Of a stretch of DNA of 64,000 nucleotides, positions 56,050-64,000 are shown piece after piece. The notes beneath the pieces are model-generated. The model was not told the DNA's origin, ran no database searches, and saw only the letters and a program-made list of their open reading frames with translations. How positions within the stretch are numbered: position 1 is the stretch's first letter; every line of letters starts with the position of its first letter. This DNA comes from a virus (Duplodnaviria > Caudoviricetes). The translations under genes and the position numbers were made by a program. Location of the stretch: positions 32,136 through 96,135 of the IMG/VR virus record IMGVR_UViG_3300021400_000062. One strand, 5' to 3'.

Positions 56050-56967
56050 ATGGCATTCTCAAGAGGACAGGAAAGTGTAGCAAACGGTGGTATTAAGAGA
56101 TATGTTGGTGTTGGTCTTTTCAAGTGCCACGGTGTAAACTTGTCTAATAAGGAACTCAGCGAGCTCTATGGTCATGAAATTGAGAGCGCAGAGAGAAGTT
56201 TTGTTACAGAGGTAGACTTCAATGGTGTAAAGACCAAGAGGGTTTCACTGAACTTCACACTTTCTACCGAAATTGATGGAAAGCGTGAGTTCTTCAATGC
56301 AAGGTACAGCCTACTTGACACAACAAGGGTTGGTTCAAATTTTGGAAAATCCCAGATTATGGACCAGTATGGTAGAACCGCTTGGATTACAGATGCAGAG
56401 TTTGATGCTCGCGCAATCCCTCAGTATACAAATGGTCCAGCCAACATAACCAACAATTATCGCAAGCTTTATACTGGCGAGGAATATCTTACCAGAAACA
56501 ATGGTAAGGAGATTGGTTTCCTTGTAGCACTTCTTAACATTCCCAATGTTACTAAGTTTGTTGATAGAAAACCTGCTGGGCTTGTAGATAATCCAGCAGA
56601 TTCAGAGTGTAGGCTTGAAAATGTAAGCAAGCTCTTTGATGGTGATTTCAGTGAGATTCGTGAGATTCTTTCTTATCAGCCAGAGAATGAGCTTAAGCTT
56701 ATGGTTGGTGTAAGGAAGGATGACCAGAATAGACTGTGGCAGGACTTCTTTATTGAGTTCCCGATGAGAGCATCTACAAGAAACTATAACAATCTTCACG
56801 ATGCAATTGTTGATGCCAAGAATAACGGAAGATATCCAAACACAGACTTTGGCAATCTTGATGCTATCACAGACCTTGCAGAGTATGTAGAGAACCCTAC
56901 AACCATTACACCAACAGCAGGTGGTGCAGCTCCTGCAAATCCTTGGTTTAAGAAACCTCAAGCCTAA
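56050..56967 (+). CDS. Putative single-stranded DNA-binding protein
   Basis: KRYVGVG, QIMDQYGRTAW; flexible tail ending NPWF; between ATPase and primase. Confidence 0.55.
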   Translation: MAFSRGQESVANGGIKRYVGVGLFKCHGVNLSNKELSELYGHEIESAERSFVTEVDFNGVKTKRVSLNFTLSTEIDGKREFFNARYSLLDTTRVGSNFGKSQIMDQYGRTAWITDAEFDARAIPQYTNGPANITNNYRKLYTGEEYLTRNNGKEIGFLVALLNIPNVTKFVDRKPAGLVDNPADSECRLENVSKLFDGDFSEIREILSYQPENELKLMVGVRKDDQNRLWQDFFIEFPMRASTRNYNNLHDAIVDAKNNGRYPNTDFGNLDAITDLAEYVENPTTITPTAGGAAPANPWFKKPQA

Positions 56968-56985
56968 CAAAAACAAATAAAGTTC

Positions 56986-57990
56986 ATGCCTTTTAGTAAG
57001 GGTTTAAGTTCACATATTGATGAACTTTTCAAGAAAATACCACAAGATGTAATATTGCAAAGGTATATTGGCATAGTCAATATACCATGTGTAATAAATG
57101 CACCATATAGAAAAGATGATAATCCATCATTAAGTCTATATATTTCAAAGCTTGGCAATATCAGGTTTAGGGATTTTGCCACGAATGAAACCGGTGGTAT
57201 AATAGACCTGTTAATGAAAATCTGGAATACAGACTTTCAAGAAACAAAAAGAAGGGTTGTTCTTGATAATAGTAAAGTTGATTCAGAACTGCAAATCAAA
57301 ACAAAAAGGCTTACCAAATCCAAGAAAATAGTCTCTTCATATAATATAGAGGTACAAACTCGTGAATGGAGAGACTATGACTTGGAATATTGGGAACTTT
57401 ATGGAATATCTTTACCTTGGTTGAAGTTTGGTGATGTTTATCCTATATCAAGGATATTCTTCATAGATTCTAATGGTGGAAAAAGAGTTTATCCAGCAGA
57501 AAAATATGCGTATTGTTATGTAGAATTTAAGGATGGCAAGAAATCTTTAAAGATTTATCAGCCTTATAGCAAAGTCTGCAAATGGATGAGCAAACACAAT
57601 TCTTCTGTATGGGATTTATGGACCAAACTTCCACCAAGTGGAGATATTTTGATTATAACCTCATCCCGTAAAGATGCATTATGTCTATGGGAAAACACTG
57701 GCATACCTTCAACATCTTTACAGGGTGAGGGTTATATACCAAAAGAGAAAATAGTTAATCAGCTTAAATCAAGATTCACTACAATTTATATACTTTATGA
57801 CAATGATTTCACGGCAGAGGAAAATCATGGTAGGATAGATGGGCAGAAAATGTGTAAGATGTTTAACCTCAAACAAATTGAATTGCCAGAAGAATATAAA
57901 TGTAAAGACCCTTCAGATTTTGTGAAGATGCACGGAAGAAAGGGTTTGTATGATATAATTCAAAAACTTATAAATGAAGATATTAAATAA
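56986..57990 (+). CDS. DNA primase (TOPRIM)
   Basis: PYRKDDNPS, FRDFA, IITSSRKD, LYDND, KDPSD. Confidence 0.85.
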   Translation: MPFSKGLSSHIDELFKKIPQDVILQRYIGIVNIPCVINAPYRKDDNPSLSLYISKLGNIRFRDFATNETGGIIDLLMKIWNTDFQETKRRVVLDNSKVDSELQIKTKRLTKSKKIVSSYNIEVQTREWRDYDLEYWELYGISLPWLKFGDVYPISRIFFIDSNGGKRVYPAEKYAYCYVEFKDGKKSLKIYQPYSKVCKWMSKHNSSVWDLWTKLPPSGDILIITSSRKDALCLWENTGIPSTSLQGEGYIPKEKIVNQLKSRFTTIYILYDNDFTAEENHGRIDGQKMCKMFNLKQIELPEEYKCKDPSDFVKMHGRKGLYDIIQKLINEDIK

Positions 57991-60295
57991 CACAACACAA
58001 GACGTTGAGGTCTATGGAGAACTAAAACAAAACAGAGTATCCATAGATGTAAAGAATATAGACTTTATTACACAAATCCTTTCAACGAACCTGTATTCAA
58101 GACCACTTAATTCTTTCCTGCGAGAAACAATATCAAATGCAATAGATTCACATAAAGAGGCTGGTACAAAAGACCCTATTATTCTTGACTTTGGCAGGAA
58201 TAATGGTAAGTGGTATATAAGGATACAGGATTTTGGTACTGGCATATCTCCGGAAAGATTTAATGCCATATATAGATTCATTGGTTCATCAACAAAAAGA
58301 GATAGTGATGAATATATCGGGGCCTTCGGCATAGGCAGGATGTCAGTGCTTGCTGTATCTGATAGTGCAACAATTACCAATAGATATAATGGTACGGAAT
58401 ACAAGTATTTGTTGTATAAGGATGGTATGGCTGTAAACATAGATGAGGTATCAATATCTGCGACGAAAGAAAGAAATGGTCTTGAAGTTTACTGTCAACC
58501 AACGATAGATTTAAATTACACCACACTAACAGAAGCAGTAAAGGAGTTAGCTTTCTTTGATGGTCTTTATATAAACAACGGTCTTACAGAAAGTGAAACA
58601 TATGGAAAATATGGCTACGGATACAACTACTCATATCAGAAATGTAGAGAATTTGATAAATATGTAAATGAGTTTAACAAAAGAAAGATTATCAACTTCA
58701 AAACATTCTCTTGTGTTACAATAGATTGTGCATCAGAACAATGTGTTCTTCTTGGCAACGTATTGTATAGGGTTGATTATAGTCACAGAGATTCAGATGA
58801 TTACATATATAAAAGCCAAACGCGATACGGAGAATATGTTATATTCCCAAGATTTAATATTGGTGAAATTTCAGTAACTCCAAACAGAGAAGATATTCTG
58901 TATAACAATACATCTGAAACACTTATCAAGAAAAAGTATGATGATGTAAAGAAAGAGCTTGAAGAAATTGCATCACAGAATGTTGCAAAAAATCTCGAAA
59001 CAGATATAATACCACTTATTTGTAACGGTGATATAAGTTTGGTTCTGAATAAAGACTATAATATATATGTAAATATCAAATTTGATATAATATCTAAGAT
59101 TATTGCAGAAAAATCTACTGTTTATGGTAAGAGATTAAACGTTGACCAGATTAAAAATCTTGGAACATGTGTATCAGATATAAATCCATTCTATTCTTCA
59201 CATTATAAAAAGGGTGACCATATCAGCACGAAAGATTTTGGCGTATCGCTCAGTGATATAAACGATAAAAAATTAAGATATGAAGATACGAGTTTCTACA
59301 GATGTGGATTCAAAACATTCAATTACTATCTGAAACAGTATGTATTGGAAAACTATAACAAGTTTACAATATTAAAACAAAAAGATGAGAGGGATGTAAA
59401 GAAAAACATTTTAACGAACTATGCCATAGTTGATTGTGACAGATTAACACTTGCGATATATAAGAAACTATGTATAGATGTGTGGAATAGCCTACCAGAA
59501 ATAAGCGATTCTCTTGTAACAGATGAATTTAAATCACAATATTCAAGAAAAAATACCTATATTACAGAGAATATTAATGTATCCTATTATAATCATGGCA
59601 ATTTTATTTGTCAACAAAAACATAGGGTTGAACAGTTGTTAAATGATGGTGATACATATATCATGTTTACAAAGGCTGAAAATGTGTTGCCCATAGAATT
59701 GAGTAGCATACCAGAGTGGTTGATAAGAAAAGATGAGGATTTTGAGTCTGGTGTAAAATTTATAGAAGTAGGAGAAAAAACAAAGAAAGAACTGTTTGGA
59801 AAAGATGGATTTATTGATTGGAACAAACTCATAGACCCAAAGAGGTATTGGATGAGGTTCATAAAAACATTCGAGATTATAAAGAAAAAAGATTGGTATA
59901 ATCCAGATATGTATTACGACTGTTTGAATGTACTGGAACCAACAAAAGAAATGAAAGCATTTATTGATGCTTTAAGAATGTATTGTAGTACATATATTTC
60001 AGTCGCAAAACTAAAGAAGTATATCACTCCTTTCTGGGATAGCATAGAACCAATAGATGATATTCTTGAAGCAATGAACCCATCGGTAGATATGCTTAAT
60101 TGTATAGAGTTTTACACATCTATGAAAGATAATAACTATTCATATATGCTATCTCTACTATGTGCATCTTTACCAAACATAAACTGTCCAGATATAAGTA
60201 GGGAAGGATATAATAAACTTGTAGAACTATATTCAAACAAAGATGATAAAGAACATAATCAAAACAAACAAGTTTCTGAGTGTAACGCTCAGTGA
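57974..60295 (+). CDS. rIIA: rIIA-like protein (GHKL ATPase N-domain)
   Basis: LRETISNAIDSH, IQDFGTGIS, STKR, IGAFGIG, VTPNREDI. Confidence 0.85.
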   Translation: MKILNNTTQDVEVYGELKQNRVSIDVKNIDFITQILSTNLYSRPLNSFLRETISNAIDSHKEAGTKDPIILDFGRNNGKWYIRIQDFGTGISPERFNAIYRFIGSSTKRDSDEYIGAFGIGRMSVLAVSDSATITNRYNGTEYKYLLYKDGMAVNIDEVSISATKERNGLEVYCQPTIDLNYTTLTEAVKELAFFDGLYINNGLTESETYGKYGYGYNYSYQKCREFDKYVNEFNKRKIINFKTFSCVTIDCASEQCVLLGNVLYRVDYSHRDSDDYIYKSQTRYGEYVIFPRFNIGEISVTPNREDILYNNTSETLIKKKYDDVKKELEEIASQNVAKNLETDIIPLICNGDISLVLNKDYNIYVNIKFDIISKIIAEKSTVYGKRLNVDQIKNLGTCVSDINPFYSSHYKKGDHISTKDFGVSLSDINDKKLRYEDTSFYRCGFKTFNYYLKQYVLENYNKFTILKQKDERDVKKNILTNYAIVDCDRLTLAIYKKLCIDVWNSLPEISDSLVTDEFKSQYSRKNTYITENINVSYYNHGNFICQQKHRVEQLLNDGDTYIMFTKAENVLPIELSSIPEWLIRKDEDFESGVKFIEVGEKTKKELFGKDGFIDWNKLIDPKRYWMRFIKTFEIIKKKDWYNPDMYYDCLNVLEPTKEMKAFIDALRMYCSTYISVAKLKKYITPFWDSIEPIDDILEAMNPSVDMLNCIEFYTSMKDNNYSYMLSLLCASLPNINCPDISREGYNKLVELYSNKDDKEHNQNKQVSECNAQ

Positions 60296-61409
60296 TGGAA
60301 CCGTTATGGTTTCTACTGATACATCAAAAGAGCTTCTTAATGCAATAAAAGAAGCCTCTGATGATGATGAAATTCAAGCACTTATGTGCCCTGAAGAGGA
60401 TGTTGATGATGATAAGAAAGTGGTATCACAAGAGGTTCTTTCTGTATATAATGGTGAAACAGAGTCTAATTATGTAGAGTTTAGGGGTAATAGTGCATAC
60501 ATTCCATCTATTTCAGAGCTTACTGTACCACAGGATTTTGTTGAGGCTATAATCAAAGCAGAGCAAGATTGTGATGAAGTTTTGCTTGAAACATACCTTA
60601 ACTTCTGGACTTTGGTTTCACTTAATCCAGACAGCAGGGTAAGAAACAATATCTTCTGGTTCATTAAGAGATGGAATATCAAGATTACCAAGAATGGTCT
60701 GCTTGTAACCTATAGAAATGCAGACTTTAAACACGAGGGCAAGTATGGTAAGTATGCAACAGAAAGGGTTTCTGGTGACTGGATTAAAATTAAAGGTCAA
60801 AAGAAATCTCCAAAGAGATATACTTATGACTATCTTGATGAATCTGGTATGCCAACAGAAGAATCAAAGCTTGTAAAACAAGATAATGTTCTTGTAACAC
60901 TTGATGACCTGTATAACAAGATTGGTGAAACAACTGTTGACAAAACTACATTCACAGACCACCATAGCCACACCTTTACAATAAAGATTGGCGAGCCTGT
61001 AAGTATGCCAAGAGAGGATACAGACAAATGCCAGGAGAATTCTTGCTCGAGAGGGCTTCACCAAGGTGGACCTGGCTGGTTAAAGCAAGGATATTATGGA
61101 GATACAGGATTGGTATGTTTGGTAAATCCTGCTAATATAGTTGCAGTTCCCCATGAAGATAGTTACGGAAAGCTCAGATGCTGCGAGTATCTTCCTATTG
61201 CTATTGCTCAATATGATGATGAAGGTAATGTAATTGAGGATATTGATGAGGCTGGTCTTGACTTTGCAGAACAATATCTTGTAGATTATTCTGGCAAGGT
61301 AAACAATGAAGACTTTGATAACTATACACTCAACTTTGTAAGGAATGTTGGTATAGATAGGACTGGAATAGCAAGAAGAATATTTGAAATGGCAAAAGCC
61401 AACGAGTAA
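60243..61409 (+). CDS. rIIB: rIIB-like protein
   Basis: LNPD, FTDHHS, VSMPR, CSRGLH, VNPANIVAVP, KLRCCEY. Confidence 0.85.
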   Translation: MIKNIIKTNKFLSVTLSDGTVMVSTDTSKELLNAIKEASDDDEIQALMCPEEDVDDDKKVVSQEVLSVYNGETESNYVEFRGNSAYIPSISELTVPQDFVEAIIKAEQDCDEVLLETYLNFWTLVSLNPDSRVRNNIFWFIKRWNIKITKNGLLVTYRNADFKHEGKYGKYATERVSGDWIKIKGQKKSPKRYTYDYLDESGMPTEESKLVKQDNVLVTLDDLYNKIGETTVDKTTFTDHHSHTFTIKIGEPVSMPREDTDKCQENSCSRGLHQGGPGWLKQGYYGDTGLVCLVNPANIVAVPHEDSYGKLRCCEYLPIAIAQYDDEGNVIEDIDEAGLDFAEQYLVDYSGKVNNEDFDNYTLNFVRNVGIDRTGIARRIFEMAKANE

Positions 61410-62080
61410 TGGATGCAAAAGAATTCTTTGGAGAGTGGTCAGAGGTTATAGACTTCAACATTCTGGATAAGATTCTTAATACTCTTGGGTATATCATCCA
61501 GACAAAAGAGATTTGCCCAGCACCCGAGAACCTGTTTAGGGTTTTCGAGTGCTGCAAACTCTCTGACTTGAAGGTGGTTGCTCTCGCGCTTGACCCATAC
61601 CCAACTTCAGGAACCGCGACAGGTATAGCTTTTGGTAATAAAGAAGGAACTCTACCATCAAACTTCTCGCCATCATTAAAGATTTTATATAATGCAGTAG
61701 ATGAATATTGTAATTTTGACCTACCGTTCTCTACTATAGATAGTGTTTTCCCTACGCTTGAATCTTGGTGTAAACAGGGTGTGTTGCTACTAAATTCTGC
61801 ATTAAGTGTTGAGGTTAATAAAGTTGGAAGCCATTCAAATTTATGGAAACCTTTTACAAAATCATTGCTTGCAAACTTGCAAAAAAGAGATGACAACCTT
61901 ATATTTGTTCTTATGGGAGATGTTGCCCAATCATTTAAGAATGTGCTGAATCAGGATAATGTTATATGTTGTCCACATCCAGCAAGGTGTGCAAGAACGG
62001 GAGAGAAGTTTCCAAATATCTTTGCTGAAATAGACAAAAAGATGCAAGAAAGAAACAGGAAACTAATATATTGGATATAA
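61409..62080 (+). CDS. Uracil-DNA glycosylase, family 1-like
   Basis: LDPYP..ATGIAF, QGVLLLNSAL, GSH..W, HPA. Confidence 0.85.
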   Translation: MDAKEFFGEWSEVIDFNILDKILNTLGYIIQTKEICPAPENLFRVFECCKLSDLKVVALALDPYPTSGTATGIAFGNKEGTLPSNFSPSLKILYNAVDEYCNFDLPFSTIDSVFPTLESWCKQGVLLLNSALSVEVNKVGSHSNLWKPFTKSLLANLQKRDDNLIFVLMGDVAQSFKNVLNQDNVICCPHPARCARTGEKFPNIFAEIDKKMQERNRKLIYWI

Positions 62081-62088
62081 TTTGATAA

Positions 62089-62574
62089 GTGATGGCAGAA
62101 AATAAAAAGATAAAAGGCGCCACAGCTGTAACCTATAAGAATATAAACTTTAGGAGTAAATTTGAAGAAAGAGTTTATAAAAAGCTTATCTCATTAGGTT
62201 ATAATCCAGAATATGAGCTTGAGCATTTTGTGTTGTGGGAAGGTTTCAGACCACAGAAAGAATACTATTATAATGGTATTCCTGAAAACACAAAAAAGAA
62301 AGACCCGGCTACAAGTAAAATGACAGTTCTTACAGATAAGCCAGAAGCACTTCAAAGCTGGAGATATACACCAGATTTTCTGCTCCGAATGAATGGTTTT
62401 GCTTTTTATGTTGAAGCAAAAGGACATCCTAATGATTTGTGGCCATATAAAAAGAAGTTATTCTTGAAGGTGATAGAAAATATTCCAAAGACATATTTCT
62501 TTGAAGTAAGAAGCATAAAAGGCCTTCTCGCAAGTCTTGAAGTAATGAAAAAAATAAGTAATACAAATGAGTAA
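62089..62574 (+). CDS. PD-(D/E)XK endonuclease (T7 endonuclease I-like)
   Basis: FRSKFE, YTPDF, VEAKG. Confidence 0.8.
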   Translation: MMAENKKIKGATAVTYKNINFRSKFEERVYKKLISLGYNPEYELEHFVLWEGFRPQKEYYYNGIPENTKKKDPATSKMTVLTDKPEALQSWRYTPDFLLRMNGFAFYVEAKGHPNDLWPYKKKLFLKVIENIPKTYFFEVRSIKGLLASLEVMKKISNTNE

Positions 62575-63619
62575 GAAATCATTAAAAGATATATCTTGGC
62601 TTGTTGATGAGCCAACATATAGAGCTGATGAAGCATTGAGCTTTTCATCAATAAGCAAATTCTATAGAGAGGGATTCTCAAAGCTTGACCAGCTGTTCGA
62701 TAAAGAAGAATCACAAGCGCTTTCTTTTGGCAGTATGGTTGACTGTCTTATGACAGAAGGAGAGGAAGAGTTCAATAAGAGATATTTTGTATGTACAATA
62801 CCACTTATATCAGATGATTATAAGCTTGTTGTAACAGCAATAAAGGAAGAACTTGGTAATATTCACTCATCTCTATATGATATTCCATCAGCAACAATTG
62901 TATCTTATCTTGACAGGTTTGGTATATATCAGAACAACTGGAAGGCTGATACAAAAGCTGATAAAATCAGAGAGGGCGCAAACACTTATTACCAGATGAT
63001 GATTAAAGCCGGTGATAAGGAGGTTGTTTCAACAGAAATGGCACAAGATGCAAAAGATTGTGCCGAGGCTTTCAAAACAAGCGAAGCAACAGAGTTTTTC
63101 TTTAGGGAAGACAACCCTTTTGATGGTATAGAAAGGCTTCATCAACTAAAGTTCAAGGGTGAATATAATGGTGTGAAGCTTCGCTGCATGATTGATTTAC
63201 TGGTTGTTGACCACAATAAGAAGATTATCTATATCAAGGATGTAAAGACAACTGGTGACCAAGAGTATCAATTTGCCAAATCATTTATGAAATGGCAGTA
63301 TTGGATGCAGGCACAGATATATACCTATATACTTAAGCAGAATCTTGCAAAGGATGATTATTTCAAAGACTTTAAGGTGCTTGATTTTGGTTTCTTGGTA
63401 ATAAACAAAACAAATAAAGTTCCTCTCAACTGGGTATTTAATCAAGCTAATTGTGAGAATGATTTGGTTATTGAAGGCAAGACAAGAAATGTATATCTTC
63501 CAAACTGGAGACAGTATGCAGTAGATTTGGATTGTTATCTAAAGTTGAGACCCAAAACACCAAAGAATATCAGCCCCATAAAGGAGAATAGTATAACAGA
63601 AGCTCTTAAAGAGTGGTAA
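62567..63619 (+). CDS. PD-(D/E)XK exonuclease (RecE-like)
   Basis: LSFSSI, FGSMVD, CMIDLL, DVKTT, YWMQAQIY. Confidence 0.8.
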   Translation: MSKKSLKDISWLVDEPTYRADEALSFSSISKFYREGFSKLDQLFDKEESQALSFGSMVDCLMTEGEEEFNKRYFVCTIPLISDDYKLVVTAIKEELGNIHSSLYDIPSATIVSYLDRFGIYQNNWKADTKADKIREGANTYYQMMIKAGDKEVVSTEMAQDAKDCAEAFKTSEATEFFFREDNPFDGIERLHQLKFKGEYNGVKLRCMIDLLVVDHNKKIIYIKDVKTTGDQEYQFAKSFMKWQYWMQAQIYTYILKQNLAKDDYFKDFKVLDFGFLVINKTNKVPLNWVFNQANCENDLVIEGKTRNVYLPNWRQYAVDLDCYLKLRPKTPKNISPIKENSITEALKEW

Positions 63620-63703
63620 AATAATGGAAGAGTAGGTGGTGGGAGCAAGGGTAACAGACAAATAGTGTCAGATTCCCACCAGCTATTCTTTTTTATTTAT
63701 GTC

Positions 63704-63892
63704 ATGTTTATAAGAATAATTGAATCTGAATATCTTACTGGTGATAAAGAAGTTGAAGAATATGTGGAAATATTTAAAGAAGTGTATCTATTCAACAAGC
63801 TCATATATCAGAAGATAATAAATTCAACAAATATAGAACGAATATCAAAGTTCGAGGTTGGAAGAAAACCAAAGATTGGCTTTGATTTATAA
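63704..63892 (+). CDS. Small protein ending in KPKIGF
   Basis: Likely start MFIRIIE after stem-loop 63627-63691. Confidence 0.55.
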   Translation: MFIRIIESEYLTGDKEVEEYVEIFKEVYLFNKLIYQKIINSTNIERISKFEVGRKPKIGFDL

Positions 63893-63902
63893 CGAAAACA
63901 AT

Positions 63903-64000
63903 ATGAAAGTAAAGATTAAAACATATAAACAAATGCCCGAAATTATCAAAAAGGGTGATTGGATTGACTTGTATACAGAAGAAGATGTAAATATGGCTGG
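63903..64000 (+). CDS. dUTPase (trimeric type), N-terminal fragment
   Basis: MKVKIK..KGDWIDLY; runs off the right edge. Confidence 0.65.
   Translation, partial: MKVKIKTYKQMPEIIKKGDWIDLYTEEDVNMA

Noticed and set aside
63624-63723. Read-through ORF ATG GAA GAG TAG..
   Set aside because: It needs two TAG read-throughs and coincides with a stem-loop
1-64000. Stop-codon reassignment (TAG or TGA) as in some crAss lineages
   Set aside because: Long late and replication genes are intact in the standard code, TAG and TGA end genes at sensible junctions, and no suppressor tRNA is present
1-64000. CRISPR array, DGR, integrase, invertible region
   Set aside because: No regularly spaced repeats, reverse transcriptase, TR/VR pair or recombinase seen by eye

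Overview
A 64-kb piece of a crAss-like (Crassvirales) Bacteroidota phage genome, probably delta-group/Suoliviridae-like judging by the capsid protein, read in the standard genetic code. Two gene blocks diverge from a switch region at about 38.4 kb. Minus strand (1-38 kb) is the late block: muzzle (runs off the left edge), ring proteins, IHF-like, auxiliary capsid, major capsid, scaffold, a separately promoted six-gene cassette of unknown function, spanin/holin-like genes, portal, terminase, GroES-like, HU-like, 3 tRNAs, Tad2-like, tail lysozyme, DUF5675, tail-fibre cluster and a DUF559 nuclease. Plus strand (38.6-64 kb) is the early/middle block: many small genes, 3 tRNAs, MazG-like, SF2 helicase, DnaB-like helicase, AAA ATPase, SSB-like, primase, rIIA/rIIB, UDG, two PD-(D/E)XK nucleases and the start of a dUTPase. 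The least explained signals are non-coding: (i) GU-rich small RNAs antisense to the translation-initiation regions of the phage's own early genes; (ii) several large structured RNA candidates at 36.7-43.7 kb, one after a coiled-coil gene and one before a DUF559 nuclease; (iii) a thrice-repeated hairpin motif that may be the virion-RNAP early promoter. The CxCC coiled-coil cassette at 10.6-13.5 kb is the main unexplained protein module. All family calls are from motif recognition and synteny by eye; no searches or folding programs were run.
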